From: an uncultured Candidatus Poseidoniales archaeon
GTDB taxonomy: Archaea; Thermoplasmatota; Poseidoniia; Poseidoniales; Thalassarchaeaceae
Direction: 5' to 3'
DNA length: 54,339 nucleotides
Assembly: GCA_964414525.1 (NCBI GenBank)
Contig: CAYPWN010000003.1
Coordinates: 1-54,339, forward strand
Shown here: positions 28,637 to 37,795 of the stretch, piece by piece
How the letters are laid out: each line of letters starts with the position of its first letter
Numbering within the stretch: position 1 is the first letter of the stretch
Notes under the pieces: generated by a model
Seen by the model: only the letters and a program-made list of their open reading frames with translations
Database searches by the model: none
Told to the model about the DNA's origin: nothing
Program-made: the position numbers and the translations under genes

Positions 28637-29407
28637 TCAGTACACCATTGGAACGTCATCGTCGTCCTCATCTGATCCGGGAGCCGGGAGCGCGGTGGCC
28701 TGAGCCCTCTCAAAGGCCTCTCTCACCCTTTCTTCGATGTTCTTGGCATCCTCTAGAAGCCCCCCGACCGGTACCTCGACTCCCGAGAGCTCGCTTAGGC
28801 CCTCAACTGCTATGAGAGCTGCTCTGGCATCTGGGTACATTGGATTGCACTCCGCTAACAGGGCAGTTACGTCTAGGCCCCTCCTCTCCCCCTCTGCAAT
28901 AAGGTAGCCTGCGATTCCTGTTACGATTCCCTGTTGGATTCGCTGAATGCTCGAGTTGTCCAGCTGTTCCCTACCCAGAGAAGTGGAAGAGACACCCCAT
29001 AGCTCGCTATCCTCCTTTATTCCCAACTCGTTGCTGACTACTCCATCAATTACCACGAGGCGATCGAAGCCCCCCTTGGTAAACCACTCCAAAACGGTGT
29101 TTGCGAAGTATACGTCATGCTCGCTTGGAAACTGGATCTCGGAGGTGAAGACCCCTATCCCGTCTCCCTGATACACCCTTACCGGATGCTTAGGGACCGA
29201 GTCGTGTATCAAGGCAATGGCGGGGAACTTAGGGTGCAGAACAGTTCCCATGGGGCTCAAGTCCAAGGAGCTAATCATGTGGGACGTCGCGATGACACCT
29301 ACAGACCCCACAGTGGAGAAGCCGCATACTGCGGTTCCCCCCAGTCTTGAGGGGTCAGCCTCGGAGTGCAAGACCAGTGGATACCCCCCTGATTTTTCCT
29401 CGGTCAT
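28637..29407 (-). CDS. Proteasome assembly chaperone family protein (PAC2/PbaA-PbaB-like)
   Basis: GF..VG.VG.IA, P.HPVR.Y, G.V.GIAG.L, PDARAA, L.E.A..IE; acidic tail ending PMVY. Confidence 0.88.
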   Translation of the reverse strand: MTEEKSGGYPLVLHSEADPSRLGGTAVCGFSTVGSVGVIATSHMISSLDLSPMGTVLHPKFPAIALIHDSVPKHPVRVYQGDGIGVFTSEIQFPSEHDVYFANTVLEWFTKGGFDRLVVIDGVVSNELGIKEDSELWGVSSTSLGREQLDNSSIQRIQQGIVTGIAGYLIAEGERRGLDVTALLAECNPMYPDARAALIAVEGLSELSGVEVPVGGLLEDAKNIEERVREAFERAQATALPAPGSDEDDDDVPMVY

Positions 29408-29518
29408 GTCGATTCGTTGCGGAGGCGCTCTTTGAATCTCACGGCTCGGTAATTCATTAAACTGTTAAGGAAATATTGAGAAAATTAACCTGATAAGGAT
29501 TAGCGCTCAGGGAAGCCC

Positions 29519-30070
29519 GTGCCATCCAAGGAGCCCAATGAGTTAGGGGGTCTATACCTCAGACTTGGCTCGCAGGAAATCAACCTAGCAGACTACACCA
29601 GGGAGGCGAGCGATCGCTGGTTGAGGGTCACTCCCCAGGACACGTGGTCATCAACCCTTTCCAGAGTAAGAATTGCCAGACAGGAGGCTTTGGAGGGTAC
29701 CATAGAGGCAATAAGGATCAGTGGGTTCCCTGATAGGGGATCGTCTTTCGCAAGGCTCCTAGACTCTTGTGGTATAGAGAACAAGTCGGATGTTGTACTC
29801 GCTGCCATTCAGTACATGAGGTCTGTAGAGAAAGAGAGTCATACTCAGCCAAGAGAGCTCAGAAGGTTGGTCGAGGAAACTCGGAAGTGGTCGAAGAAGG
29901 CTGTGGGAAAGTGGAACATCTCACTGTACATAGGGAGGATGCTTGAGGGTGGCCCTGGAGGTTCTGGACCCTTCCTTGAGTACCCACGAAGGAGGCCAAG
30001 GAAGAACGGCTACGTCGTGCTGACCGAGGCCGGAAGAGACCACTTGGACAAGTTATCCCTAAACAGGTGA
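29519..30070 (+). CDS. Hypothetical protein with probable C-terminal winged helix
   Basis: 183-aa ORF; C-terminal NISLYI.RM....FLE.....GY.VLTEAG..HL pattern. Confidence 0.65.
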   Translation: MPSKEPNELGGLYLRLGSQEINLADYTREASDRWLRVTPQDTWSSTLSRVRIARQEALEGTIEAIRISGFPDRGSSFARLLDSCGIENKSDVVLAAIQYMRSVEKESHTQPRELRRLVEETRKWSKKAVGKWNISLYIGRMLEGGPGGSGPFLEYPRRRPRKNGYVVLTEAGRDHLDKLSLNR

Positions 30071-30074
30071 TTCG

Positions 30075-30461
30075 ATGACGGGCGAAGAGAAGGACTGGTC
30101 TTTCACCTCCCACGTTGCGGAGGACCTCAGAGGGGCCGATCTCTCTGGTGCCGATCTACGTCGAGCGGTGCTAGACAAGGCTGATTTGGAGGGTGCAAAT
30201 CTCTCTGGTGCCGATCTGCGGAACGCCTCGATGAGGGAGTCGAACCTGATGAAGGCGGCACTGGACGGAGCCGATCTAAGGGGTGCTAGGATGGTCAAGG
30301 CTAGACTAGGGCTTTCAAATCTGCAAGGAGCTAGGCTTGACGGTGCTGACATGCGGGGCATAAGGGGCAAGTACGCTGTCTGGAGAGATGCGAACTGGTG
30401 GGATGCAAAGATGGACGAGTCGCTTACTAGGGCGCTGTCGAAGAAATGGCCCAGGGAATAG
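30075..30461 (+). CDS. Pentapeptide repeat protein
   Basis: Tandem A(D/N)LxG repeats (DLRGADLSGADLRRA..ANLSGADL). Confidence 0.92.
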   Translation: MTGEEKDWSFTSHVAEDLRGADLSGADLRRAVLDKADLEGANLSGADLRNASMRESNLMKAALDGADLRGARMVKARLGLSNLQGARLDGADMRGIRGKYAVWRDANWWDAKMDESLTRALSKKWPRE

Positions 30462-30463
30462 TC

Positions 30464-30877
30464 CTATGGGGCCATCTTTCCTAGGCCATCCCTCATCCAC
30501 CGAGGAACTGGTATTTTCGTCTTGACCTCCCTCATATCTGTGCATACCGTGACCTGATCGGCGGTCCAGCAGAGGGTTCCATCCTGGTTCCTGAACTCGT
30601 AGTGCCATGCAATGGAGGTGTTGCCTATCCTTGGGACTGTGAGAGTGCACTGAACTGTGTCCCCATATGATATCGGGTGAAGGAACCGAGCCTCGCTATG
30701 AACCAACGGGAATGCTATCTCCTTGTCTGAAAGAATCTCATTGTAGTGCATCCCACATGAAAAGTCCCATGATTCCTCGTAGAATCTATGAGCCAAATCC
30801 CAGAACATAGGGTAGTAGACTATCTTGGCAAGGTCTACCATCGGGAAGTCCACCCTGCGCTCTGAAACGAATGCCAT
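30464..30877 (-). CDS. Acyl-CoA thioesterase (4HBT/YbgC hot-dog family)
   Basis: V.F..VD.A.IVYYP.F, P.V.S..RF..P..YGD, IG.TS, IPVP.W.R. Start ATG 30877, since the longer ORF overlaps the tRNA. Confidence 0.87.
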   Translation of the reverse strand: MAFVSERRVDFPMVDLAKIVYYPMFWDLAHRFYEESWDFSCGMHYNEILSDKEIAFPLVHSEARFLHPISYGDTVQCTLTVPRIGNTSIAWHYEFRNQDGTLCWTADQVTVCTDMREVKTKIPVPRWMRDGLGKMAP

Positions 30878-30914
30878 GCACCGTCGTAAAGGTGGCTCCG
30901 CTTCAACGATTTGA

Positions 30915-30990
30915 TGGCGGACCCACCGCGATTCGAACACGGGTTACGAGCTCCGCAAGCTCATGTGATATCCAGCTACACTATGGGTCC
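30915..30990 (-). tRNA. tRNA-Arg (anticodon GCG), CCA encoded, no intron
   Basis: GGACCCA/TGGGTCC acceptor stem, anticodon arm TGAGC-TTGCGGA-GCTCG, T-loop TTCGAAT, 3' GCCA. Confidence 0.96.
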
Positions 30991-31039
30991 AGCGGTATTT
31001 GGACGGTAGGGCCCGGCTTAATCCCGACGGTGCCAGAAA

Positions 31040-31450
31040 TCACATCGAGAGCGGCAGGACTGTCTTCCATCTTGGCTCTGCCAACTTCTTTGAATTGGGC
31101 CCTATCATAGGCTTAGGCGTCTTGTGCGTGAGAACCCCGTGCATCCCATCTACGCTGAACTTTACCCTTAGCTCGAGCATCCTGTCCCTCTCCGCTGTCG
31201 TAATCTGCTCTGAGTCTAGCTCGAATGACGATGATGGGCCTGAACCTTCATTTTCCAGGTTGAGGGTTTTGCCTTCAATTCTAGCCCGGGGGGAGAAGTC
31301 GTAGTCCTGTGGGTCGGTCATGCATACCTCCATGTCTACCACTAGCCGGTCCCTGACCGTGACCCTGGTAATCTCCATCGACCTGACCATGACACTGCCA
31401 GAGTCAGGTGGTTGAAAGCCCTTCGCTCGCAGAGAATAGCGTTCAGACAC
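31040..31450 (-). CDS. Hypothetical protein, translationally coupled to the PKD lipoprotein gene
   Basis: 136-aa ORF overlapping the upstream stop by 8 nt; no family recognised. Confidence 0.65.
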   Translation of the reverse strand: MSERYSLRAKGFQPPDSGSVMVRSMEITRVTVRDRLVVDMEVCMTDPQDYDFSPRARIEGKTLNLENEGSGPSSSFELDSEQITTAERDRMLELRVKFSVDGMHGVLTHKTPKPMIGPNSKKLAEPRWKTVLPLSM

Positions 31451-32612
31451 TGACTTCGCTAATCCTGAGGATTAGTACCAAGAATTGAGCATCGAGGTTC
31501 CAGTCGTTCCCTTGGTCGGGATCGACGCCGTCCACAGGGGTGTCCGGATCGCACTCCAATGCGGTTATCGTCCAGTACCAGATGCCTTGGCCGAACCTCC
31601 CGTCTGGGTCTCCGAGGAGCGAGGCCTCCAGCTCCTCCTTCGAGTCTGCATAAACAGTATATCCTGACTCTGGATAGGGGTTCATCCCTGTCCTCTCGAT
31701 TGTAGCAGAGGAGTTCTCCGTAATGTTATCCTGTGTGGTGATAACGCTGTAAGTCCACCCCGAGGAAGGCAAATCCACCTCCAATGTGAAGTTGTCCTCC
31801 GGCCAAGTAATCGGCAGGAGGTCCCTAGAAAGGCTCAGAGTGGCGCTAAAGTCAATCAGCCTCGCACCGTCGCCAGGCTGGAACTGAATCTCTTCAGAGT
31901 GTCCCTGCTCAAGGTATCCAGACCATTCGTATTCGACGTACGCCTCTTCCCAGACAACCCTGAAGGAACGTGAGATAACTCTCAGGGTCCAGAGGGTGGT
32001 GTTCGATGCTCCCGTATCGTCGACTACGGTAACTGCACCTGTTACGTTCGTGGCCTCTGAGAGGCTTATCTTCGCCACTGCTCCGCTAGCGTCTACATCG
32101 TTTAGGGGGTCGCTGTCCCCGTCCGAGTCGGAATTTGCATCGAAATCCCATGACACCTCGACGCCTCCGCCCTCGGGGTCGAAAGAGCCGCTGGCGTCTA
32201 GCCTTGCCTCTTGCCCGGTCTTGACAAAATCGGGAAGATTTAGCACAATCTCTGGAAGCGCGTTTACGAATACTGAGATGCTGGCGGTGTCGGATGCTCC
32301 TTCGTCGTTGAAAACCTCAACTGTCACATCGAAGGTCCCTGACTCTTCGAAAACGTGGCTGATTATGCCTTGTTTTGTGGTCTTCGTCTGTCCATCACCG
32401 AAGGTCCACCTGAATTCGTCAATGATGGTTGGGTTCGGGCTTGTTGAGGACCTCGCGTCGAAGTTTACCGATTCTCCCGCGTTTATGGTCTCTCGATCCG
32501 AGCTTAGGCTGGCATTTGGGCTTCCTGGGCCAATCCCCCCGCAGCCCGAGAGTGATGATGACAATAGTAGCATGCATATCAGCAATGAGTGCCTTCGCCA
32601 CCTGTTTTCCAT
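31443..32612 (-). CDS. PKD-domain lipoprotein
   Basis: Lipobox LSSSLSGC; PKD motifs FDA..S, W.FGDG, HVF...G.F.V.V.V; second PKD-like domain LDASGSFDPEG..WDFD with a DSDGD.D Ca-binding loop. Confidence 0.85.
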   Translation of the reverse strand: MENRWRRHSLLICMLLLSSSLSGCGGIGPGSPNASLSSDRETINAGESVNFDARSSTSPNPTIIDEFRWTFGDGQTKTTKQGIISHVFEESGTFDVTVEVFNDEGASDTASISVFVNALPEIVLNLPDFVKTGQEARLDASGSFDPEGGGVEVSWDFDANSDSDGDSDPLNDVDASGAVAKISLSEATNVTGAVTVVDDTGASNTTLWTLRVISRSFRVVWEEAYVEYEWSGYLEQGHSEEIQFQPGDGARLIDFSATLSLSRDLLPITWPEDNFTLEVDLPSSGWTYSVITTQDNITENSSATIERTGMNPYPESGYTVYADSKEELEASLLGDPDGRFGQGIWYWTITALECDPDTPVDGVDPDQGNDWNLDAQFLVLILRISEVSV

Positions 32613-32710
32613 AGTGCGAGAAAGTAACGGCCCCTCATAGGGTGTTGGGTGTCTCGGCATTCGGAGTGGTCATTGGTAGAGTTCATGGACGGCCTCGGGA
32701 GGGGTGTTTC

Positions 32711-33286
32711 GTGGCGTCTAGTTTTCTAGATGGGTTCAGAGTTTTGGGGTTCGATCTGGAGACGACCGGATTCGACCCCAGATCTGACAGGATAGTACAG
32801 TTCGCTTTGGTAGGAAGCGAGTCAGACGGAACTCATGTGGCACTCCAGTCTGTGGTGAACCCGGGTACCAGCATACCACCGAAGTCCTCCGAGGTGCATG
32901 GGATTACCGATCGGGACGTGCTAGGTGAGGCTAGCTTCGGCGAACATCTTGGGGCGTTTGCAGAATTGGCCGAGGGGTCCGTGATCGTAGGGCACAATGT
33001 GATCGATTTTGACTGGAGGTTCATTGAGGTGGAGTGCGCTAGGCTTGGAGCAGAGGTTCCTGTGCCTCACGCCATCTTGGACACTCTCAAAATAGCTAGA
33101 AGATTGGGGGTTCCCCGGCCTCACAAGCTCGGAGTGCTTTGTGACAGGTTCGGGATCTCACTGGAAAGATCCCACAGTGCGGATGCCGATGCTGGTGCAA
33201 CGCTGCTGCTTCTCTGGAAGTTCATGAGGGCGTATCCAGAAAAGTTCAGGTGTACTCTCGAAGAATTCGTCAGGTCACTCTCTTAG
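32711..33286 (+). CDS. DEDDh 3'-5' exonuclease (DnaQ/PolC-exo-like)
   Basis: ExoI FDLETTG, VHGITD, ExoII GHN..FD, LDTL, ExoIII HSA.AD. Start GTG 32711 follows GGAGG. Confidence 0.93.
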   Translation: MASSFLDGFRVLGFDLETTGFDPRSDRIVQFALVGSESDGTHVALQSVVNPGTSIPPKSSEVHGITDRDVLGEASFGEHLGAFAELAEGSVIVGHNVIDFDWRFIEVECARLGAEVPVPHAILDTLKIARRLGVPRPHKLGVLCDRFGISLERSHSADADAGATLLLLWKFMRAYPEKFRCTLEEFVRSLS

Positions 33287-34432
33287 TGAGCTTAACAATG
33301 GCGACCAAGGGAGAATTTCTGACCAGTCTCCCAAGTGCAAAGTCTTTCCACCCACCCTAGCGCTTCCTAGGAACAGTGCTCCATCGTATCCCGATTCCTC
33401 GATTTGCCTCATCTTTTCGAGGGCCCGGTCCTTGAGTATGGCTCCGAAGCGGTGTTCAGAGCCAGCTAGATCCCCGTGGTCACCCACCGGGGGGGTTCTT
33501 TCAAACAGCGAGGCCCCAGAATCTCCGTCGAATTTCACTAGGCTCACCACCTCGTCAGTGAACATACCTCCAGGGGCAAGCTCTCCGTCCCTTCTGGCCA
33601 CCCACCACTTAGGGCACCAAGCCTTCCACTCGCAGAAAGAGCAGGCTGCTTCGCTTGGAGTGGCAACTAGTGGCTCTTCAGTAGGCCTCATCTCTTCCCA
33701 AGCTTCGAAGGCGTCTTCCATAATAGTGGGGCCGTCTACCCTGTGTACGGTCTTGTTTGCCGAATACCACCCCTCTGCATGGACTGGCGGATGGTCTGGA
33801 GTGATATCCTTGAGAAGGTCCCGGTAGAATAGAAGTTGCCTGCTAACTTTCTCGTTCAGATTCTCCTCTGGTGGTTTTCCAGTCTTCAAATCAGCAACTA
33901 TCCACCCACCTCGGGACCCAGAATCTAGGTCATAGATGAGAAGGTCGAGTCGGCCCAACAGCCTCCCGCATTCCGAAACAAGTGTTCCCTCGTTGGATAG
34001 AACGATGTCCTGTACCTGCCTCCAAGAGCCGATTGTAATCTTAGAGAGTTGTTTCTGGGGAACCTTTGCCTTTTCTAAGAGGATGAGTAGTGCACCCTCA
34101 AGTCCTTCGTTTGCCTTGGAAATCAACTCGGATTTCCACCGGGGGTGCCTTGGCGTATCCAAGAATATCTCCTTCTCAGCCTTCCAGTGTCCTTCTAGGA
34201 CATCCTTGGCAGCGGTCAGCAGCCAACCAACCTCGCCGCTTTCCCTTCCTGCTAGATCTAGATTGCACAGATCCTCCACAGAATTGTGGATTGCGGTGCC
34301 CATCGATGCCGGCATACTCGCCTTCCGAGGAAGCCCCTGTCGGGAGAGCCAGTACTTCCTAGGGCACTCTTCGAAGCGGTTCCATGAAGACGGAGATAAC
34401 TGATGGGTCTGGAAACCACCCTCCATGTCCAT
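33275..34432 (-). CDS. PD-(D/E)XK nuclease (AddB/Cas4-like) with a 4-Cys Fe-S staple and a C-terminal extra domain
   Basis: LSPSS..RF.ECPR.Y, G.AIH..E, GRLDL, ADLKTG, QL.FY, CSFCEWK.WC. Confidence 0.88.
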   Translation of the reverse strand: MDMEGGFQTHQLSPSSWNRFEECPRKYWLSRQGLPRKASMPASMGTAIHNSVEDLCNLDLAGRESGEVGWLLTAAKDVLEGHWKAEKEIFLDTPRHPRWKSELISKANEGLEGALLILLEKAKVPQKQLSKITIGSWRQVQDIVLSNEGTLVSECGRLLGRLDLLIYDLDSGSRGGWIVADLKTGKPPEENLNEKVSRQLLFYRDLLKDITPDHPPVHAEGWYSANKTVHRVDGPTIMEDAFEAWEEMRPTEEPLVATPSEAACSFCEWKAWCPKWWVARRDGELAPGGMFTDEVVSLVKFDGDSGASLFERTPPVGDHGDLAGSEHRFGAILKDRALEKMRQIEESGYDGALFLGSARVGGKTLHLGDWSEILPWSPLLSSLRE

Positions 34433-34501
34433 GGTAAAACTCCCTGACAATTGAAGCCGACGAGTGGCAACGGTTAACACCATTGAGTGGTTACTCGACC
34501 C

Positions 34502-35305
34502 ATGGCGGAGGGGCCTCTAGTCGAGGTAGAAGATGGCGTAAACTCATCGGGTGCCCTACTTGTGAGTTGCTTCCCCTCAGTCGGTTTCGTAAGCAGCATA
34601 GTAGCTCATTTCTTGGTGGAGAAGCTAGAGTTGGAACTGGTTGGGGGAGTCAGGCACCCAAATCTTCCTCCGGTATGCCTTGTTCAGGATGGAAAGCCAC
34701 TCCCCCCGGTGAGGTTCTACGCAGGGGAGCCCATTTGCAATATGGACAAATGCGACAAGGTGGTTCTGATTGCCTCGGAGATTCAAGTGCCTTCTGATCT
34801 AAGTCTTCCCCTATCTACTGGACTAATAGACTGGATCGTGAAATCAGGAGTAGGCTCTACGATAATGGTCGATTCGTTCGCTCACGGCATTGAAAGCAGT
34901 CACAGCATCTTCGACGACGACGAGGGGATGGAGTCGATGCTTGGAATAGGGTCCACGGACTCTAGCCACGAGCTCCTGAAGAGCATTGGAGTCCCGCTAC
35001 TCAAGCACGGCGTAGTAGGCGGGATGACTGGGGTGATGATGGGGGAGTGCAGGAGAAGGAGAATTGATGCTTTGGCCATTCTGGCTGAGTCGGATGGTGA
35101 GATTGGTCAGGGGGTGATTCCCGATGCAAGGGCCGCAGCAAGGATAATCGGATGCATGGACGGTCTTCTTCCTGCTGTAAGTCTTGATCCCGAGCCTCTG
35201 ATGGAGGAAGCCCAGAGGATTGAGGGGCAGATTAGAGACATGATGTCCCTCCACCTAAACCCTCCACAGGATGGCAGTGGGGCGCCAACTGGGATGTACG
35301 GCTGA
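34502..35305 (+). CDS. Proteasome assembly chaperone family protein (PAC2/Pba) with C-terminal HbYX motif
   Basis: FPSVG.VS.I.A, P.PPVRFY, G.VGG.TG, PDARAAA, L.EEA..IE, C-terminus MYG. Confidence 0.9.
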   Translation: MAEGPLVEVEDGVNSSGALLVSCFPSVGFVSSIVAHFLVEKLELELVGGVRHPNLPPVCLVQDGKPLPPVRFYAGEPICNMDKCDKVVLIASEIQVPSDLSLPLSTGLIDWIVKSGVGSTIMVDSFAHGIESSHSIFDDDEGMESMLGIGSTDSSHELLKSIGVPLLKHGVVGGMTGVMMGECRRRRIDALAILAESDGEIGQGVIPDARAAARIIGCMDGLLPAVSLDPEPLMEEAQRIEGQIRDMMSLHLNPPQDGSGAPTGMYG

Positions 35306-37417
35306 TCAGAACTCTCCTAGGGTAGACTGCCTCTCCTGGGGGAGTTCCTCGAGAATGGCACCACCCAGTAATTCGTCCAGCTCTGACTCTGAGACCACCC
35401 TAACGCCGAGTCGATTCGCCTTGTCCAGCTTCGAGCCTGCGGACTCACCGGCAACTAGGTAGTCAAGGTTCCCAGAGACCGATGTTACCACTTTCCCCCC
35501 CTCTGATTTTATAGAAAGAGAGATTTCCTTTCTGGGTCTGCTCAGAGTTCCAGTGATACAGAATGTCAACCCCGACATGGGGCCATCTGATGGAGGTTCT
35601 TCCGCCTGGACGATCTCTATCTGCCCGTAGAGATCTGTAATTGCATCCCTCCTGTCTGAAATTCCATCTAGGAGCAGCGTCGCAACGGTTTCGCCAACTC
35701 TGTCAATGGATACAAGACGCTGTACCGCTGAGTCTCTTTCGTCAATCAACCCTATGAGCTCCTCGAATGTGGTAACTTCCGAGCAAACCAGTGATGCGAT
35801 TTCTGGGCCTATTCTGGGAAGCCCTAGAGCAGAGATGAATGTGCTTAGGGTCATCGACCTGCTTGAGTTAAGCTCTTCTAGGATGTTGCCAACAGACTTG
35901 GCTGCCATTCTGTCGAGGGAGATGAGCTCTTGCTCCCTGTCCTCTAGCCTATACAGGTCCGCTAGACTGGACACCATTCCTGATTCGCATAGTTGCTCTG
36001 CCAACTTCTCGCCGATTCCGTCCATGCCCAGCTTTCGGCACCAGTATAGTATGGCCCTCTCTAGTCGAGAAGGGCAGTCGATGTTCGTGCATCTGATGAA
36101 GGCCCCGTCTTCGATTAGCCTAGTGGAGCACCTCGGACACGCTTCTGGTGAAACTATGATTGATCTGTCTGGAAGCACCTCTGTGAAAGCGGTTCCGTCG
36201 GCATGAGATCTATTCCTCAGGTCGGACTCCTCGGCTGGACCTAGGACCTGTGTGATCTTCGGGATAACGTCGCCTCTTCTGACAATCCTGACTTTGTCCC
36301 CCAACATTATTCCCAGCCGCTCTACCTCACCCCTATTGTGGAGAGTTGTATTCTCCACTGTCACGCCGGAGACGACTACCGGCGCTACCCTGGACACGGG
36401 GGTGACGTTTCCTGTCCGGCCAGTCTGCCAGTACACATCCATAAGGACGGTGACGGCTTCCTCTGGGGGGAACTTCCACGCTAGGGCCCAACGAGGATGG
36501 TGGGCGGTCACGCCCAGAAGCCCTCTCTTGTCTAGGCGGTCAAGCTTAATCACGACACCGTCCATCTCCCAGTCCGCAGATTCTCGAGATTGGAACCATT
36601 TCTCCGTGACAGCCAGTATTGCCTCCGTGGTGGAGGAATCGTCGTCTCCGGAAACCACGGTGTTGCCGGCCACATCGATGCCCATTTCGGCAATCCAGGA
36701 GATTGCTTCTGAGTCTAGTTGTAGGTCTGGTGGATCGGGGCTCTCTGGGTGTCGATCGTCCCTCTCTGGGAATTCCACGCCGTATGCTAGGAAAGCCAAG
36801 TCTTCTGGTCTTCCCTTGCCAGCGTCGGGGTGCTTCTGGCGCAGTGCTCCCGCTGCTAGGTTCCGAGGGTTGGGGGCCACTTGGGAGTATTTGTCCTTGA
36901 ACAATCTCAGAGGCATGACAACCTCCCCCCTGACGTGGCAGTCCCCTGTCCATGAGAGGTTCTCTGGGACGTTCATCATCCTCCTGACATTGGCGGTAAC
37001 GTCCTCCCCCCTCCTGCCGTTCCCCCTTGTTGCGGCCCTAACCAGCCGCCCCCTGCGGTACTCCAGAGAAAGAGCCGATCCGTCTAGCTTTGGCTGGCAG
37101 ACGAACCTGCGACCATTTGCTGTAGTCTGGGACACGAAGTGTGCGACCTCTTCGTCCGTGGTGGCCTTGTCGAGACTCATCATCCTGAACAGATGGTCTA
37201 CCTTGACCGAACCGGGTGGTGGGTCCGAACCCACCCTACCCAATTGTGGATGGTCAGGAGAGAGTGTCTGCAACTCGTCCCTCAGAGCATCGAACTCTGC
37301 ATCCGAAATTACGGGTTGAGCCTTGTTGTAGTAGAGGTCCGAGTGCGTCTCCAACTGCTTCGCTAGCCACTCTATTCGGTCCCCTGGGCCAGACCCGTCC
37401 GGGGCATCCTCTGCCAT
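35306..37417 (-). CDS. ligA: NAD-dependent DNA ligase
   Basis: YY..A.P.ISDAEFD, M.SLDK, PKLDG (adenylated Lys), TRGNG..GEDVT, NPRN.AAG, DGVVIK, PRWA.A.KF, GRTG, RRGDVIP, Zn finger CPRC..C....C, HhH, BRCT (GTLS.PR; GSKL.KA). Start ATG 37417. Confidence 0.97.
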   Translation of the reverse strand: MAEDAPDGSGPGDRIEWLAKQLETHSDLYYNKAQPVISDAEFDALRDELQTLSPDHPQLGRVGSDPPPGSVKVDHLFRMMSLDKATTDEEVAHFVSQTTANGRRFVCQPKLDGSALSLEYRRGRLVRAATRGNGRRGEDVTANVRRMMNVPENLSWTGDCHVRGEVVMPLRLFKDKYSQVAPNPRNLAAGALRQKHPDAGKGRPEDLAFLAYGVEFPERDDRHPESPDPPDLQLDSEAISWIAEMGIDVAGNTVVSGDDDSSTTEAILAVTEKWFQSRESADWEMDGVVIKLDRLDKRGLLGVTAHHPRWALAWKFPPEEAVTVLMDVYWQTGRTGNVTPVSRVAPVVVSGVTVENTTLHNRGEVERLGIMLGDKVRIVRRGDVIPKITQVLGPAEESDLRNRSHADGTAFTEVLPDRSIIVSPEACPRCSTRLIEDGAFIRCTNIDCPSRLERAILYWCRKLGMDGIGEKLAEQLCESGMVSSLADLYRLEDREQELISLDRMAAKSVGNILEELNSSRSMTLSTFISALGLPRIGPEIASLVCSEVTTFEELIGLIDERDSAVQRLVSIDRVGETVATLLLDGISDRRDAITDLYGQIEIVQAEEPPSDGPMSGLTFCITGTLSRPRKEISLSIKSEGGKVVTSVSGNLDYLVAGESAGSKLDKANRLGVRVVSESELDELLGGAILEELPQERQSTLGEF

Positions 37418-37454
37418 GTTGATGCAAGGGGGCCGACGTCCTTGAAACTGCCCG

Positions 37455-37532
37455 TGGTGGGCCTGCCAGGATTTGAACCTGGGTCGCGCGACCCCCAGCC
37501 GCGAAGTATAGGCCAAACTAACCTACAGGCCC
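37455..37532 (-). tRNA. tRNA-Pro (anticodon GGG), CCA encoded
   Basis: GGGCCTG/CAGGCCC acceptor stem, anticodon arm CGCGG-CTGGGGG-TCGCG, T arm CCAGG-TTCAAAT-CCTGG, 3' ACCA; lies directly after rpoN. Confidence 0.96.
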
Positions 37533-37579
37533 CTTGGGCCTGCCTACGAACAAGTGGTGGGTCAAAGCCCTGACGGAGC

Positions 37580-37786
37580 CTACTGCTGCCTGTCAATGCT
37601 GAAGGGCGCTACCTCGTCTATTAGGTCGATGTGCCCTACAAACATCCTTCTGCAGCAGTACCTTTGGAATCCGAGCTCGTCGAGAGTCTCTCCCGGATCC
37701 TTTCCGTCGTCGACGGCGTCCCTAAACTGCTGGTACTTGTGCGCAATCACCTTCCCACAACTCCAACACCTCACTGGGATTAGCAT
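37580..37786 (-). CDS. rpoN: DNA-directed RNA polymerase subunit N (Rpo10)
   Basis: MLIPVRCWSCGK..LDELG..RYCCRRM. Confidence 0.97.
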   Translation of the reverse strand: MLIPVRCWSCGKVIAHKYQQFRDAVDDGKDPGETLDELGFQRYCCRRMFVGHIDLIDEVAPFSIDRQQ

Positions 37787-37795
37787 TCTTCTCAC

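Noticed and set aside
30878..30940. Thioesterase N-terminal extension, and the ligA extension at 37418-37516
   Set aside because: Both run through tRNA genes; downstream ATGs fit the families.
33275..34432. Cas4-like nuclease as evidence of a CRISPR-Cas system
   Set aside because: No cas1/cas2 or other cas genes and no repeat-spacer array in the window.
36252..37319. Long antisense ORFs inside ligA, gatE (9226-10029), mcm (11799-12500) and the PKD gene (31996-32640)
   Set aside because: They lie almost entirely within well-conserved genes, have no motifs, and show typical shadow-ORF composition.
30915..37532. Block between two tRNAs as an integrated element
   Set aside because: No integrase, no duplicated tRNA 3' end seen, and it contains housekeeping genes.
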